DNA from: Trueperaceae bacterium
Lineage (GTDB): Bacteria > Deinococcota > Deinococci > Deinococcales > Trueperaceae
NCBI GenBank assembly: GCA_965213925.1
Contig: OZ243927.1
Coordinates: 4,032,001 to 4,096,000 of the forward strand
Length of the DNA stretch: 64,000 nucleotides
Direction of reading: 5' to 3'
Shown here: positions 39,252 to 48,022 of the stretch, in pieces
How the letters are laid out: every line of letters begins with the position of its first letter
How positions within the stretch are numbered: position 1 is the stretch's first letter
Made by a program: the position numbers and the translations under genes
Notes under the pieces: model-generated
What the model was told of the DNA's origin: nothing
Seen by the model: the letters and a program-made list of their open reading frames with translations, nothing else
Database searches by the model: none

Positions 39252-39864
39252 TCACCAAATACCGTCAAGCTCGAGCACAAACCCCTCTAACACGCCGGTT
39301 CCTACAACCTCTTGCGGGTGCTCGAGTTCTTCTACCCCATCAGCGGTATAGATGTAAACCTTTTTCTCTTGTGGGTCGATAAGCCAAGCGAGTTCCGCGC
39401 CGTTCTCTAGGTACTCGAGCATCTTTTCCTTCGATAACGTTGAGGCGGTCAGTTGGTGAACGAAGTTCCAAGGCGAATTCGGGGCAGAGAGGTAAGAACT
39501 TGTCCCTTTGCTTAGCTGTGAGTTCTGCTAGTTTTTCCTGACTTACCCACGATACATCGGGTGAACGAACCGCGCCGCTCGCCAAGTGAAAGCCCCCCGA
39601 AGAATCGAACACCTCTCCCCGGTTATGTTGGTCGTTCCAGACGACGAACCGGGAGGTGAGTTTCGCGTTGCGGTTTCCTGTATTTCCTCCAGCGGGCGGC
39701 ATGACGATAAGGTCTCCTTCGGCGCTGAGTTCCATGCGGAGGTCTCTGTTGGCTCGGGCGAGATCGAAAAAGGTGTCGGCGTCGAGCGTGAGCACCGAGC
39801 CCAAACGCATCACGACGTAGGGGTAGTCGCTTTTGGAAGAAACGGGTTTAACAGCCATAGTCAC
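39252..39864 (-). pseudogene. Uma2 family endonuclease, frameshifted
   Basis: MPPAGG, FDSSGGF, SPDVSW, PEFALELRSP; shift near 39430, then KMLEYLENGAELAWLIDP...FVLELDGIW*. Confidence 0.85.
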
Positions 39865-40015
39865 CTCCGGTGAGTCTATTTTAGCACCTCTTCAGCGCGG
39901 CTTTTTTGAGACGTGAGGTTGGGATTTTGAGGTGTTGAGATTGAATGAAAGGCCGGTTGAGTGGATAAGGGAAGGAGGAATATAGAAGGGAGAATACAGA
40001 ATATGGACACTTATA

Positions 40016-40126
40016 TAGCGGTTATCAGAAGTACTGAGCTTGAATCACGCAGATATCATCCCCTAAAGTGCGTGCTGCACGATGTTCTATCTCGTGAGAT
40101 TGGCTCAAACCAGATGATACCTGCTA
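40016..40126. mobile_element. Repeat family C copy, most complete (111 bp, TA-flanked)
   Basis: TA|TAGCGGTTATCA ... TGATACCTGCTA|TA. Confidence 0.7.
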
Positions 40127-40155
40127 TATTCTCTCTTGAAGTATGCTCTATTCTC

Positions 40156-40635
40156 CTACATAGCACCTCGCTCAACCGACTTTCCAGCGTGTCCCGAGGC
40201 GTTCGCCCTGCGGCGCTCTAGCAAATCTGTAAAGAGGTCAGCTAAGTCGGATGTTAAGTCGAGTTCTTTGACCTCTCGCTCCACCTCTTCCAAAGAGAGC
40301 GGCGCGGCCTTATTTTTCTTGCCGATGAGCGTCACCGCGCGGTAGAGGTAAGACATTTTCAGAAGCCAGAGCGCGTGCGCCGTATCTTCCGACCTCTTCA
40401 AACGAAAAGAAATCCAGCCCGAATCCTTGAGGATGTGGTGCTCTGCCGCCAGCCCCTCGGCAATCAAGAGGTCGCGCACCTTCTTCGTAAAAGGTACGTC
40501 GAGCAAGCGGCTCCCGTGCAGATGTCCTAGCTCGATCCCGGCAAGCTGGTACTCCAAACCGCCGAAGCGGTGGGGGTGAACGCTCACCCCGGACCACGCG
40601 CCAGCGGCGTCTCGAACGTCGGTTGCTGCGCTCAT
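40156..40635 (-). CDS. DUF5519/luciferase-domain family protein
   Basis: HRFGGLEY...ELGHLHG...DVPF...HHILKDSGWI. Confidence 0.75.
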   Translation of the reverse strand: MSAATDVRDAAGAWSGVSVHPHRFGGLEYQLAGIELGHLHGSRLLDVPFTKKVRDLLIAEGLAAEHHILKDSGWISFRLKRSEDTAHALWLLKMSYLYRAVTLIGKKNKAAPLSLEEVEREVKELDLTSDLADLFTDLLERRRANASGHAGKSVERGAM

Positions 40636-42467
40636 CTTCGTACCTCCATCACTTCTCTAACGTCGTTCACATCCACATACCCGCTCGCCTGCAACTTAAA
40701 GAGCGCCGCGTACGTGCCACCTCTTGCAACGAGTTCGTCGTGCGAGCCCGCCTCCGAAATCACGCCGCCCTCTAGCACGATAATCTTATCCGCCAAGCGC
40801 ACCGTGCTGAAGCGGTGCGAGATGATGATGGTCAAACGCCCGACCGCTTGTTGTCTCAGCGCTTCAATCGTCTCAAACTCCGCTCTCGCGTCTAACGCCG
40901 AGGTCGGCTCGTCAAATATCAACACGGAGCCGCCGCGAAAATAGAGCCGACCCAAGGCGAGGCGTTGCCACTGTCCACCGGAGAGCCCGACGCCGCCCTC
41001 GAAAAGTCGCCCGAGCATGGTGTCGTAGCCTGCGGGTAAGGTTTTGATGACCTCTTCTGCGCCCGAACGTTCGCCCGCCTCGCGTATCGCTGCCTCATCG
41101 TCCAGCGCGTCCGTGCGGCTCAGCGCGATGTTCTCCTTCGCGCTCATCTGGTACTGTCCGAAGTCCTGAAAGACGCTGCTCATCTCCCGCTGGATGCTGC
41201 GGGGGCTGAAGCGGCTCGAGTCCAGCCCATTCAACAAAATGCGTCCCGACGTCGGCTCGTAAAGCCGCGTCATGAGCTTGATCAGCGTCGTCTTGCCCGC
41301 GCCGTTTTCACCCACTAAAGCGACGCTCTGACCGCGCCGCAAGGTGAACGAGACATCCTTAAGCACGTCGCGCTCGGTCAGCGGATAGCGGAAGCTGACG
41401 TTTTGGAACTCGAGCGTCTCGATCTTCCCCGTCCATTCTTCCCCTTCATCCGGGTCTCTAGCAGGAAGTTCCAAAAACTCGAAGAGGTTGCGCATATAGA
41501 GGAGGTTCTGATAAATCCCCGAAAAACCTGATAAGAGCTGCGAGAACTGCGCCTGCACCTGCACGATGCCCTGCGCGAAGAGGGTGAAGTCGCCAATCGT
41601 GATGAGCCCTTGCGCCGCCCGCCGCAAAACCGAGAGCGTCGCGAGTGCCACGAGCCCCGACGACAACAAGGACGCCCCGAGCCCCCACCCACTGCGCCGC
41701 ATGACGAGTGAAACGAGTTGCGCCCTAAACTTTTCGTAGTAGCGCTGCCAGCTCGACAAGAGGTAGTGCTCGAAACCGAAGAGCCGCACCTCTTTGACTA
41801 AGGTATCTGAGGTTAGGAGGCTGCCCAAGTAGTTTTGAATACGCGAGTCCGCCGCCTGCCGCCGAATCATTCGGTAGCTCTGCCGCCCGAAGCGGTTGGA
41901 GACCCAGACGGTGGGGATGGTCGCTAGGAGGATAAGGGGCACGACGTCCGCGCCCAAGTTGGCTAACAGTGCGCCGATGGCGGAAAGTGTAAGGACGGCT
42001 TGGGCGAGCCCGAGAAGCTGGGTTACGACGCCGAGGGGTCTCGTGCCGACCTCTCGATACGCATTACGCAGGGCGTCATACGTTGCAGGGTCTTCGAACT
42101 GGGCAACCTCTAAACCCGCCGCTTTTTCCAAAATCCGTTTGCTGATGCGGTTTTGCAGCGCGTCGCCCAAGAGGTCGCGCACCGCGCTCTGCCCCGCCGT
42201 GAGAATCGCGCCCGCCGCGCCGATAGCGACTTGCAAGATCAAGAGGTTGACCAACTCGCTGAACGCGCCCGTACCGTCAATCGCCCGCGCCACCGCGTCC
42301 ACCAGCAGCTTTGTGACCCACAGACTTGCCGGGGTGATGGCGGCGGCGAGCAAGCCGAAGAGGGCGAGCAGCGAGGTTTGCAGCGGGCTCGCTTGCCAGA
42401 CGAGTTGAGAAGTCTCTACGAGGTCGCGGCGCATGATACGCCAGGACTCGAGTCCTGACCTTAACAC
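40632..42467 (-). CDS. ABC exporter, fused permease/ATPase
   Basis: TM domain, KEVRLF, GENGAGKTT, LSGGQWQR, DEPTSALD, ISHRFSTV. Confidence 0.93.
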   Translation of the reverse strand: MLRSGLESWRIMRRDLVETSQLVWQASPLQTSLLALFGLLAAAITPASLWVTKLLVDAVARAIDGTGAFSELVNLLILQVAIGAAGAILTAGQSAVRDLLGDALQNRISKRILEKAAGLEVAQFEDPATYDALRNAYREVGTRPLGVVTQLLGLAQAVLTLSAIGALLANLGADVVPLILLATIPTVWVSNRFGRQSYRMIRRQAADSRIQNYLGSLLTSDTLVKEVRLFGFEHYLLSSWQRYYEKFRAQLVSLVMRRSGWGLGASLLSSGLVALATLSVLRRAAQGLITIGDFTLFAQGIVQVQAQFSQLLSGFSGIYQNLLYMRNLFEFLELPARDPDEGEEWTGKIETLEFQNVSFRYPLTERDVLKDVSFTLRRGQSVALVGENGAGKTTLIKLMTRLYEPTSGRILLNGLDSSRFSPRSIQREMSSVFQDFGQYQMSAKENIALSRTDALDDEAAIREAGERSGAEEVIKTLPAGYDTMLGRLFEGGVGLSGGQWQRLALGRLYFRGGSVLIFDEPTSALDARAEFETIEALRQQAVGRLTIIISHRFSTVRLADKIIVLEGGVISEAGSHDELVARGGTYAALFKLQASGYVDVNDVREVMEVRR

Positions 42468-42569
42468 TGCTCTCAGCGCTGACCTCTTGCTCGATGTATT
42501 GCTCGATATTCGATATCTACTCTAAGCATATGGAACTCGCTCCTTCTCTTCATCTTACGCGCCTCACGC

Positions 42570-43463
42570 TCACGACCTCTCGCTCAAGGTGACGCCGACC
42601 TCTTTCACTTCACCGCCGCGTAGCACCTTGAAGGTGACCTCTTGGTCAATAAGGTCTTCGCGCATGGCAGCTTGGAGGTCGTCGAAGTGGCGTAAGGGGG
42701 TGCTGTTCAGCTCGAGCAGCGTGTCCCCCAACACGAGCCCCGCCGTCGCGCCTGAACTTTCCGGCGCGACGGAGGTGAGGAGAAGACCGGTTCTCTGCTC
42801 GCCGTAGCTTTCTGGAAGTCTAACGCTCTGCACGCCGACGCCCAAGTAGGGGCGGCGCATTCTGCCGTGTTCCAGGAGGGTTTTCGCGACGCGCTCCACG
42901 GTCTCAGTAGGAATAGTGACGCTTCCTTGCCTCGAGAATGCGGAGGTGTTGACGCCTAAAACCTCTCCCGACGCGCTCACAAGAGGTCCGCCGGAAAAGC
43001 CTCTAAAGGGCTGGGCGTCCGTGCGCAGGTCCCTCGCGACGTGACCCCCTGAGCGCGTATGCCAAGGCTCACCTAGCGCGCTCGCGATACCTAAGCTGGC
43101 TCGCACGTTTCCGCCGCGCCGCCCCGCCATCAGGACGAGCTGACCGACGCGCAAACCTTCGCCGCCCTTCCAGGTCGGAACGCTGAGGTTGCCGCCTTCG
43201 ACTTTGAGGAGTGCGAGGTCCGTGGTGGGGTCACGCCCGATAAGCGACGCGGAGCGGGTTTCGCCGCCCCTAGTATCCGCGTGAAGCCTGACGGTAATGT
43301 CTTCGTCGTACTCGGTCGTGTGATGCGTCGTGACGAGCGTGTCGTCCGTCCACACGGTGCCACTTACATCATATCTGCGCCGCGCGTGGACGCCGACGAG
43401 CGAGGGTGAGAGGGTTTCTAAACTAGCTGCTAAAGATTCGGATAGGTCTTGTAAATCTGCCAT
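42570..43463 (-). CDS. S1C (HtrA-like) serine protease with PDZ domain, no signal peptide
   Basis: TTHH, TDLALL, GFSGGPL, PYLGV; leaderless TAAGCT-N6-ATG start. Confidence 0.88.
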   Translation of the reverse strand: MADLQDLSESLAASLETLSPSLVGVHARRRYDVSGTVWTDDTLVTTHHTTEYDEDITVRLHADTRGGETRSASLIGRDPTTDLALLKVEGGNLSVPTWKGGEGLRVGQLVLMAGRRGGNVRASLGIASALGEPWHTRSGGHVARDLRTDAQPFRGFSGGPLVSASGEVLGVNTSAFSRQGSVTIPTETVERVAKTLLEHGRMRRPYLGVGVQSVRLPESYGEQRTGLLLTSVAPESSGATAGLVLGDTLLELNSTPLRHFDDLQAAMREDLIDQEVTFKVLRGGEVKEVGVTLSERS

Positions 43464-43653
43464 ACACTTAGCTTAATCGCGAGGGGCACCCTGCACATCC
43501 GCCGAATGGTCAGGGGAGCACTGGTCATTTGGGTAGGTATGGATGGACCTACCGGCGTTAGTGAGGCTCGAGCGTCCCCTATCAAGCACCGCTCCCTCTA
43601 AATCAGGTTCATCTGAAAAGTTCTTCTGACGCCAGAGAGGGTAAACTTAGACT

Positions 43654-44223
43654 ATGGACACGCTTCTCGCTATCTGTTTGGGAGTTGCGCTCAGCGCTGC
43701 GTGCGGCTTCCGCGTCTTCATCCCGCCCTTCGTCATGAGCGCGTCGGCGATGTTCGGCGGCGTCGACTTGCCCGCGAGCGCCGACTGGATGGAAACGAAC
43801 GCCGCCTTTGCCGCTTTGGGCGCAGCCACGCTCGCCGAAGTCGCTGGCTTTTACATCCCTTGGGTGGATAACTTGCTCGACACCATCGCCGCGCCCGCCG
43901 CTGTAGTCGCAGGAACGCTGATTACAGGCTCGTTTGTACCCGAACTTGACCCGGTTTTGCGCTGGACGATGGCGGGTATTTTGGGCGGCGGGGCGGCGGG
44001 CGGTATTCAGGCGCTAACGAGCGTAACGCGGCTCGCCTCGACAACGACGACGGGGGGCGTCGGCAACCCAGTCTTTTCTACGGTCGAAAACGTTCTCGCC
44101 GTTCTCTTCTCCCTATTAGCCTTTATGCTACCTATTATCGCCATCATATTGCTCATCGCGCTCGTTATCTTCGCAGTGAGGCGCGTCGTACGCCTACGAG
44201 GACCTAAACAAGAGCAACTTTAG
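43654..44223 (+). CDS. DUF4126 family membrane protein
   Basis: LSAACGFRVF, YIPWVDNLLD, TTTGGVGNP...STVE. Confidence 0.88.
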   Translation: MDTLLAICLGVALSAACGFRVFIPPFVMSASAMFGGVDLPASADWMETNAAFAALGAATLAEVAGFYIPWVDNLLDTIAAPAAVVAGTLITGSFVPELDPVLRWTMAGILGGGAAGGIQALTSVTRLASTTTTGGVGNPVFSTVENVLAVLFSLLAFMLPIIAIILLIALVIFAVRRVVRLRGPKQEQL

Positions 44224-44253
44224 CCTAGGCTACATCAGTTTAATAGGAAAGAT

Positions 44254-44356
44254 AAAAGCCCTCTCGGAGAGGAGGACGAGAGGGCTTAGTGAGAGGCAGG
44301 GCGTAGGTGGTGATGCATGACGTGGTGGATGACGGTTCACGGTGTTGCCCTGCCTA
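44254..44356 (-). ncRNA. Candidate small RNA (~100 nt)
   Basis: -10 TAAAGT at 44362-44367, 9-bp closing stem AGGCAGGGC/GCCCTGCCT, 11-bp terminator stem followed by TTTT. Confidence 0.55.
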
Positions 44357-44377
44357 TATGTACTTTAGACGAAGAGG

Positions 44378-44395
44378 TCTTACAAAGTTCTTACA
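44378..44395 (-). promoter_or_regulatory. Direct-repeat box TGTAAGA-N4-TGTAAGA
   Basis: 11-bp period, 10 nt upstream of a -10 element; same layout at 45824-45841. Confidence 0.55.
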
Positions 44396-44547
44396 GCGCT
44401 CACGCCCCCTAGTTCCATGAAGGGTTTCTCAACGTGCGGGCGTATCTACTTCTGGAAAGTTTCAAGAGTAGGCGTGAGAACGTGATGCTCGAGCGCTCAG
44501 CATAGGGAAGCACGACAATCCACACATAAACAGCAGAAAACCGCATC

Positions 44548-44690
44548 TCACAGCACTTCCAAAACATACTGAGACAGAACGCCGTAGATTTCACAGCTTG
44601 CTGTAACGGAACCTCATCTCATAACGTGCGCGCTGAGCAGTGTTTTCTATAGTGAGAGTGTTTCTGACCACCATCGCTTTATACGGAATT
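44548..44690. repeat. Degenerate relative of repeat family C
   Basis: CTCACAGCACTTCCAAAACATACTGAGACAGAA is near-identical to 62367-62399. Confidence 0.65.
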
Positions 44691-44728
44691 GCACAGTTTA
44701 CTTACCCTAACTGAGGGCGTTGGAGCTT

Positions 44729-44891
44729 TTCAGCGAAGCGCCGAGTTTACGTCCCATCACAGATGGGCACGGCTTAGTTTTGCAAACTAAGCCGTGCAAC
44801 CTCGTATTACGTAAGTTTTGGCTCCGCCAAACGCGAGTACTAACGTGAACCGACCGTAGGGAGTTCAGCGAAGCGCCGAGGTTTTACCGTC
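44729..44891. repeat. 17-bp direct repeat pair enclosing a 14-bp hairpin
   Basis: TTCAGCGAAGCGCCGAG at 44729 and 44864; GCACGGCTTAGTTT-tgc-AAACTAAGCCGTGC between them. Confidence 0.75.
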
Positions 44892-44933
44892 CAGACTTTG
44901 ATACCTGGTATCAATAGGATGCAGCCTTCAAAA

Positions 44934-44966
44934 GAAACACACTAGGAAAGGCTCGAACCCTCGACC
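44934..44966 (-). repeat. Duplicated 3' end of tRNA-Arg (att-like)
   Basis: 29/33 identity to 45998-46030. Confidence 0.8.
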
Positions 44967-45010
44967 CACCACTACTAGCTTGTCACTCTTAGCTGAAACG
45001 AGGTGAGCAT

Positions 45011-45046
45011 AAAAAGACCAGCCGCTCACATGAAGCGGCTGGTCTT
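45011..45046 (-). terminator. Intrinsic terminator
   Basis: AAGACCAGCCGCT / AGCGGCTGGTCTT stem with a T run on the minus strand. Confidence 0.8.
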
Positions 45047-45061
45047 ACCGACAGGAAGCGT

Positions 45062-45799
45062 TTAGTGAGCCGTTGCCAAAAGACCGGGAAACTCCCCTGA
45101 CGAAGGAACATACTCAAAGCTGTTTACGATCGACTCGACGACGGGCGCGTAAGCTTGCTCGAACTCAGCCAGCGAGCCAAACGAGATAGCATAGACTTCC
45201 CTATCGTTCTTGATGATGTAGGTTGACACCGCCATCACCTCACCGCTTAGGTCGCCAAACCCTGACATCCGCAAGCTAAGCACGCCCACTTCACCGACAT
45301 CAAGCTCGACAATTCGCGATTCAATTTCTCCGATGGGATCGAAGAGATTTTGCACCATACGCTTACTCACAGCCATGTAGAGGCTGAGCGGCATAGGAAT
45401 AGCGAGTTCTTCCTTAGCGATATTCAGGGAGGTGCTGAGCAACGCCTCTTCGGTCATGTCAACCGCCTCGAATAAAAAGGGGTTGGCTGAGGCTTGGTAA
45501 AACTCGTGAAGATAGGAGTTGGCACTTTCGTCAACATCGGTGCGTTGCCAGGACGGGGGTAGGTCGATTGAAATGCCTGCAAACTCATTTTCGTAGCTGA
45601 CCCAGGCGTCTTTCGGCATAGTAGATTGGAGAACTATCGCGGGCGGAGTTGAAACCGTGCCGCTCACCTGGTCACGCTGGGATGTCACGGAGCTATACGG
45701 TTGCTGAACGGTTGTGGTCGCTGGCGCGCAAGCCGCAAGTAACAAGGAGGAAAAGGCGAGGGCCATTGTCGTTCGCTGTAATGGGCGTCGTATCATCAT
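45062..45799 (-). CDS. Lipoprotein, PsbP/DcrB-like fold (tentative)
   Basis: Lipobox LAAC; YENEFAGISIDLPPSW; YAISF...VVESIVNSFEY. Confidence 0.7.
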   Translation of the reverse strand: MMIRRPLQRTTMALAFSSLLLAACAPATTTVQQPYSSVTSQRDQVSGTVSTPPAIVLQSTMPKDAWVSYENEFAGISIDLPPSWQRTDVDESANSYLHEFYQASANPFLFEAVDMTEEALLSTSLNIAKEELAIPMPLSLYMAVSKRMVQNLFDPIGEIESRIVELDVGEVGVLSLRMSGFGDLSGEVMAVSTYIIKNDREVYAISFGSLAEFEQAYAPVVESIVNSFEYVPSSGEFPGLLATAH

Positions 45800-45958
45800 A
45801 GAGACTTAAAATAGCGCGTTCCCTCTTACAGAAAACTTACTCCGCTCCGTAGCGAGCCAGCACACTTAGTCGAGCAACCCTAGCGTGTCAAAAGGTGCCA
45901 GTTTGCTTCTCTCTATTTTCGCTCGCGGCGTTCATGAACTGCGGGGGTCAAGAGAAAG

Positions 45959-45993
45959 AGGACACGCCTTTCGAACTGTGAAAAGCGTGTCCT
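45959..45993 (-). terminator. Terminator of the tRNA operon
   Basis: AGGACACGC / GCGTGTCCT stem immediately after tRNA-Arg. Confidence 0.65.
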
Positions 45994-46001
45994 ACATGAA
46001 A

Positions 46002-46075
46002 CGCACCAGGAAGGACTCGAACCCTCGACCTATCGCTTAGAAGGCGACTGCTCTATCCAGCTGAGCTACTGGTGC
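46002..46075 (-). tRNA. tRNA-Arg(TCT)
   Basis: GCACCAGTAGCTCAGCTGGATAGAGC, anticodon loop CT-TCT-AA, GGTTCGAGTCC. Confidence 0.96.
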
Positions 46076-46200
46076 AAGATTGGTTACTTCGTAAAGCTTC
46101 GCGCAATCATCAATCAATAGACGCTATCACTGTTCACTACATCTGACCTGTTTGAACGCTAAAAGAATCGGTCCAGCGAAAAACGAACTGTCGATGATAA

Positions 46201-46277
<77 letters not shown>

Positions 46278-46406
46278 AAGATTGGTATCATCAATCGACA
46301 GACGCCGTCACTGAAAAAGCAAGTGTTGCTTCTTTCGACTTTTCAATACCTCATTTACTCGAGAAAGCCCAACTTCTATCCGACTTAACGAATAAGCTTT
46401 CCCAAA

Positions 46407-46483
<77 letters not shown>

Positions 46484-46816
46484 ATTGCGCCGCACGACTC
46501 ATATGCAGCGTTCTAAAGTATACAGAAGAAGCGCAGAGACTACAAGCCCTCGCAAACGTTACGCGCGTATCCACCAGCTAAAAAATGGGGAAGAAGTGGC
46601 GAGTAAGAAGTGAAAACCTCGAGGTATCGCCACCTCCTTAGGTTCTCCTTTCTACCCCCCGCGTCCGACTGGTCCCGAAGCCCTCTGTAAAGCTTCTCGG
46701 TTTCGAAGCCTCGAGACGGCGTGCTCGCTTACGTTGCCCCTCTCTCACTATCTGTTACAAAGGATAAAGCCTACACGTTAGGCGCAACCCTAACTTTTAG
46801 ACCTGAGGGGGTCATA

Positions 46817-47245
46817 GTGAGCACCACCGGCTTAGATGTTTTTGACAGTACCGTGCAAGAGACCAATCAATGGCTCAATACCGTCACTGCAGAACTCGGA
46901 CACGGCGACTCGCAGCTCGCCTACTCCGGCTTACGCGCGACGCTGCACGCCTTGCGCGACCGCATCCCGACTGAGGTCGCCGCCGAATTCGGCGCGCAAC
47001 TGCCGATGCTCGTGCGCGGCTTTTACTACGAGGGCTACGTGCCGAGCCAAACGCCTATCAAGGACCGCACCAAAGATGATTTTTTAGAGCGCATCGCTGA
47101 GATGTACCACAACAAAGAGATAGACCTAGAGAAGCTCGCCGTCGCTGTTTTTAGCACGGTGAACAAGTTCGTCACGAAGGGTCAAGCCGAAAAAACGCGC
47201 GACATGCTCAACGAGCGCGTCCGTGAACTTTGGCCTGCGCCCTAA
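46817..47245 (+). CDS. DUF2267 family protein
   Basis: TTGLDVFDSTVQETNQWL, LHALRDR, AQLPMLVRGFYYEG; RBS GAGGGG. Confidence 0.88.
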   Translation: MSTTGLDVFDSTVQETNQWLNTVTAELGHGDSQLAYSGLRATLHALRDRIPTEVAAEFGAQLPMLVRGFYYEGYVPSQTPIKDRTKDDFLERIAEMYHNKEIDLEKLAVAVFSTVNKFVTKGQAEKTRDMLNERVRELWPAP

Positions 47246-47281
47246 ACGCGGTACGAAGGAACGTCCTTTCGTCAACGAAGC

Positions 47282-48022
47282 TTAAAAGAGCGGGCTGCTC
47301 GAGGCCACCCCCTCCGCCTCCTCCACTTTGTCCAGCCGAAAGGTCAGCACCTTCTGTCGCCAGTGGCAAAACCCTCGGATGTACGCCCCGTCGAACTTGT
47401 TCACATCTACTAAACGCTCTTTCCCGCCGTAGACCATGCGCACGCTGCTGCGGTTCAGCGCGGCGTGTTTGAAGACCGCCCCGAGCGGGCTTTGCGCGAA
47501 GCTCATGGGAACGGGCGCGCGGCGCGGTCCCTTCTGGAACAAGAGTTGACCATTTTTCTTAGCGTACTCGTACAGGTCTCGGGTGAGCTTGACGTCCTCT
47601 AAGCAGTAGCGCTCGAGCTTCGCCCAGTCCCCTGCGCGGTAGTACTCCAGCGCGTCCAGACCGGAGCCGAGTTTGCCCTGTCCCAGCGTCGCTTGCGCGA
47701 GCGAGTCGAGGGAGATGCGCCGCCCCAAAGCTTTTTGCGCCTCCACCATGAGGTCTAAGGTCGGCAGGTCGTAGACCCAGTCTCCTAGCTCGGCTGCTAG
47801 CACGGGCCAGTCGAAGCCGATGAGGTTAAAGCCGACGATTTGCTCCGCCTCTTTAAGCGCGGTTGCCAATTCGCCGAAATGCTCTTCGCGGTAGGCGGCG
47901 AAGCGGTCGCCCTCGTAGAAGTAGACGCCGACGACGCTCACGCCGAGTTTGGCTTTGTTGTGCGCGCCCCCCACCTCGCCAAAGGAGCGCTTGGTCTCTA
48001 AGTCCAAAACGAGGCGGTTCAC
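47282..48022 (-). CDS. RNase H-like (DEDD-type) exonuclease with C-terminal WYL-like domain
   Basis: LDLET, VGFNLIGFD, YCLEDV; C-term YIRGFCHWRQKVLTFRLDKV. Confidence 0.8.
   Translation of the reverse strand: MNRLVLDLETKRSFGEVGGAHNKAKLGVSVVGVYFYEGDRFAAYREEHFGELATALKEAEQIVGFNLIGFDWPVLAAELGDWVYDLPTLDLMVEAQKALGRRISLDSLAQATLGQGKLGSGLDALEYYRAGDWAKLERYCLEDVKLTRDLYEYAKKNGQLLFQKGPRRAPVPMSFAQSPLGAVFKHAALNRSSVRMVYGGKERLVDVNKFDGAYIRGFCHWRQKVLTFRLDKVEEAEGVASSSPLF

Noticed and set aside
44730..44860. c-di-GMP-II or c-di-AMP riboswitch (TGGGCAC...GTGCAACC; CGCTGAA)
   Set aside because: The motifs fall within a simple hairpin, there is no downstream gene on the plus strand, and I cannot reconstruct the full fold.
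44729..44891. CRISPR array
   Set aside because: Only two 17-bp repeats 135 bp apart, and no cas genes in the window.
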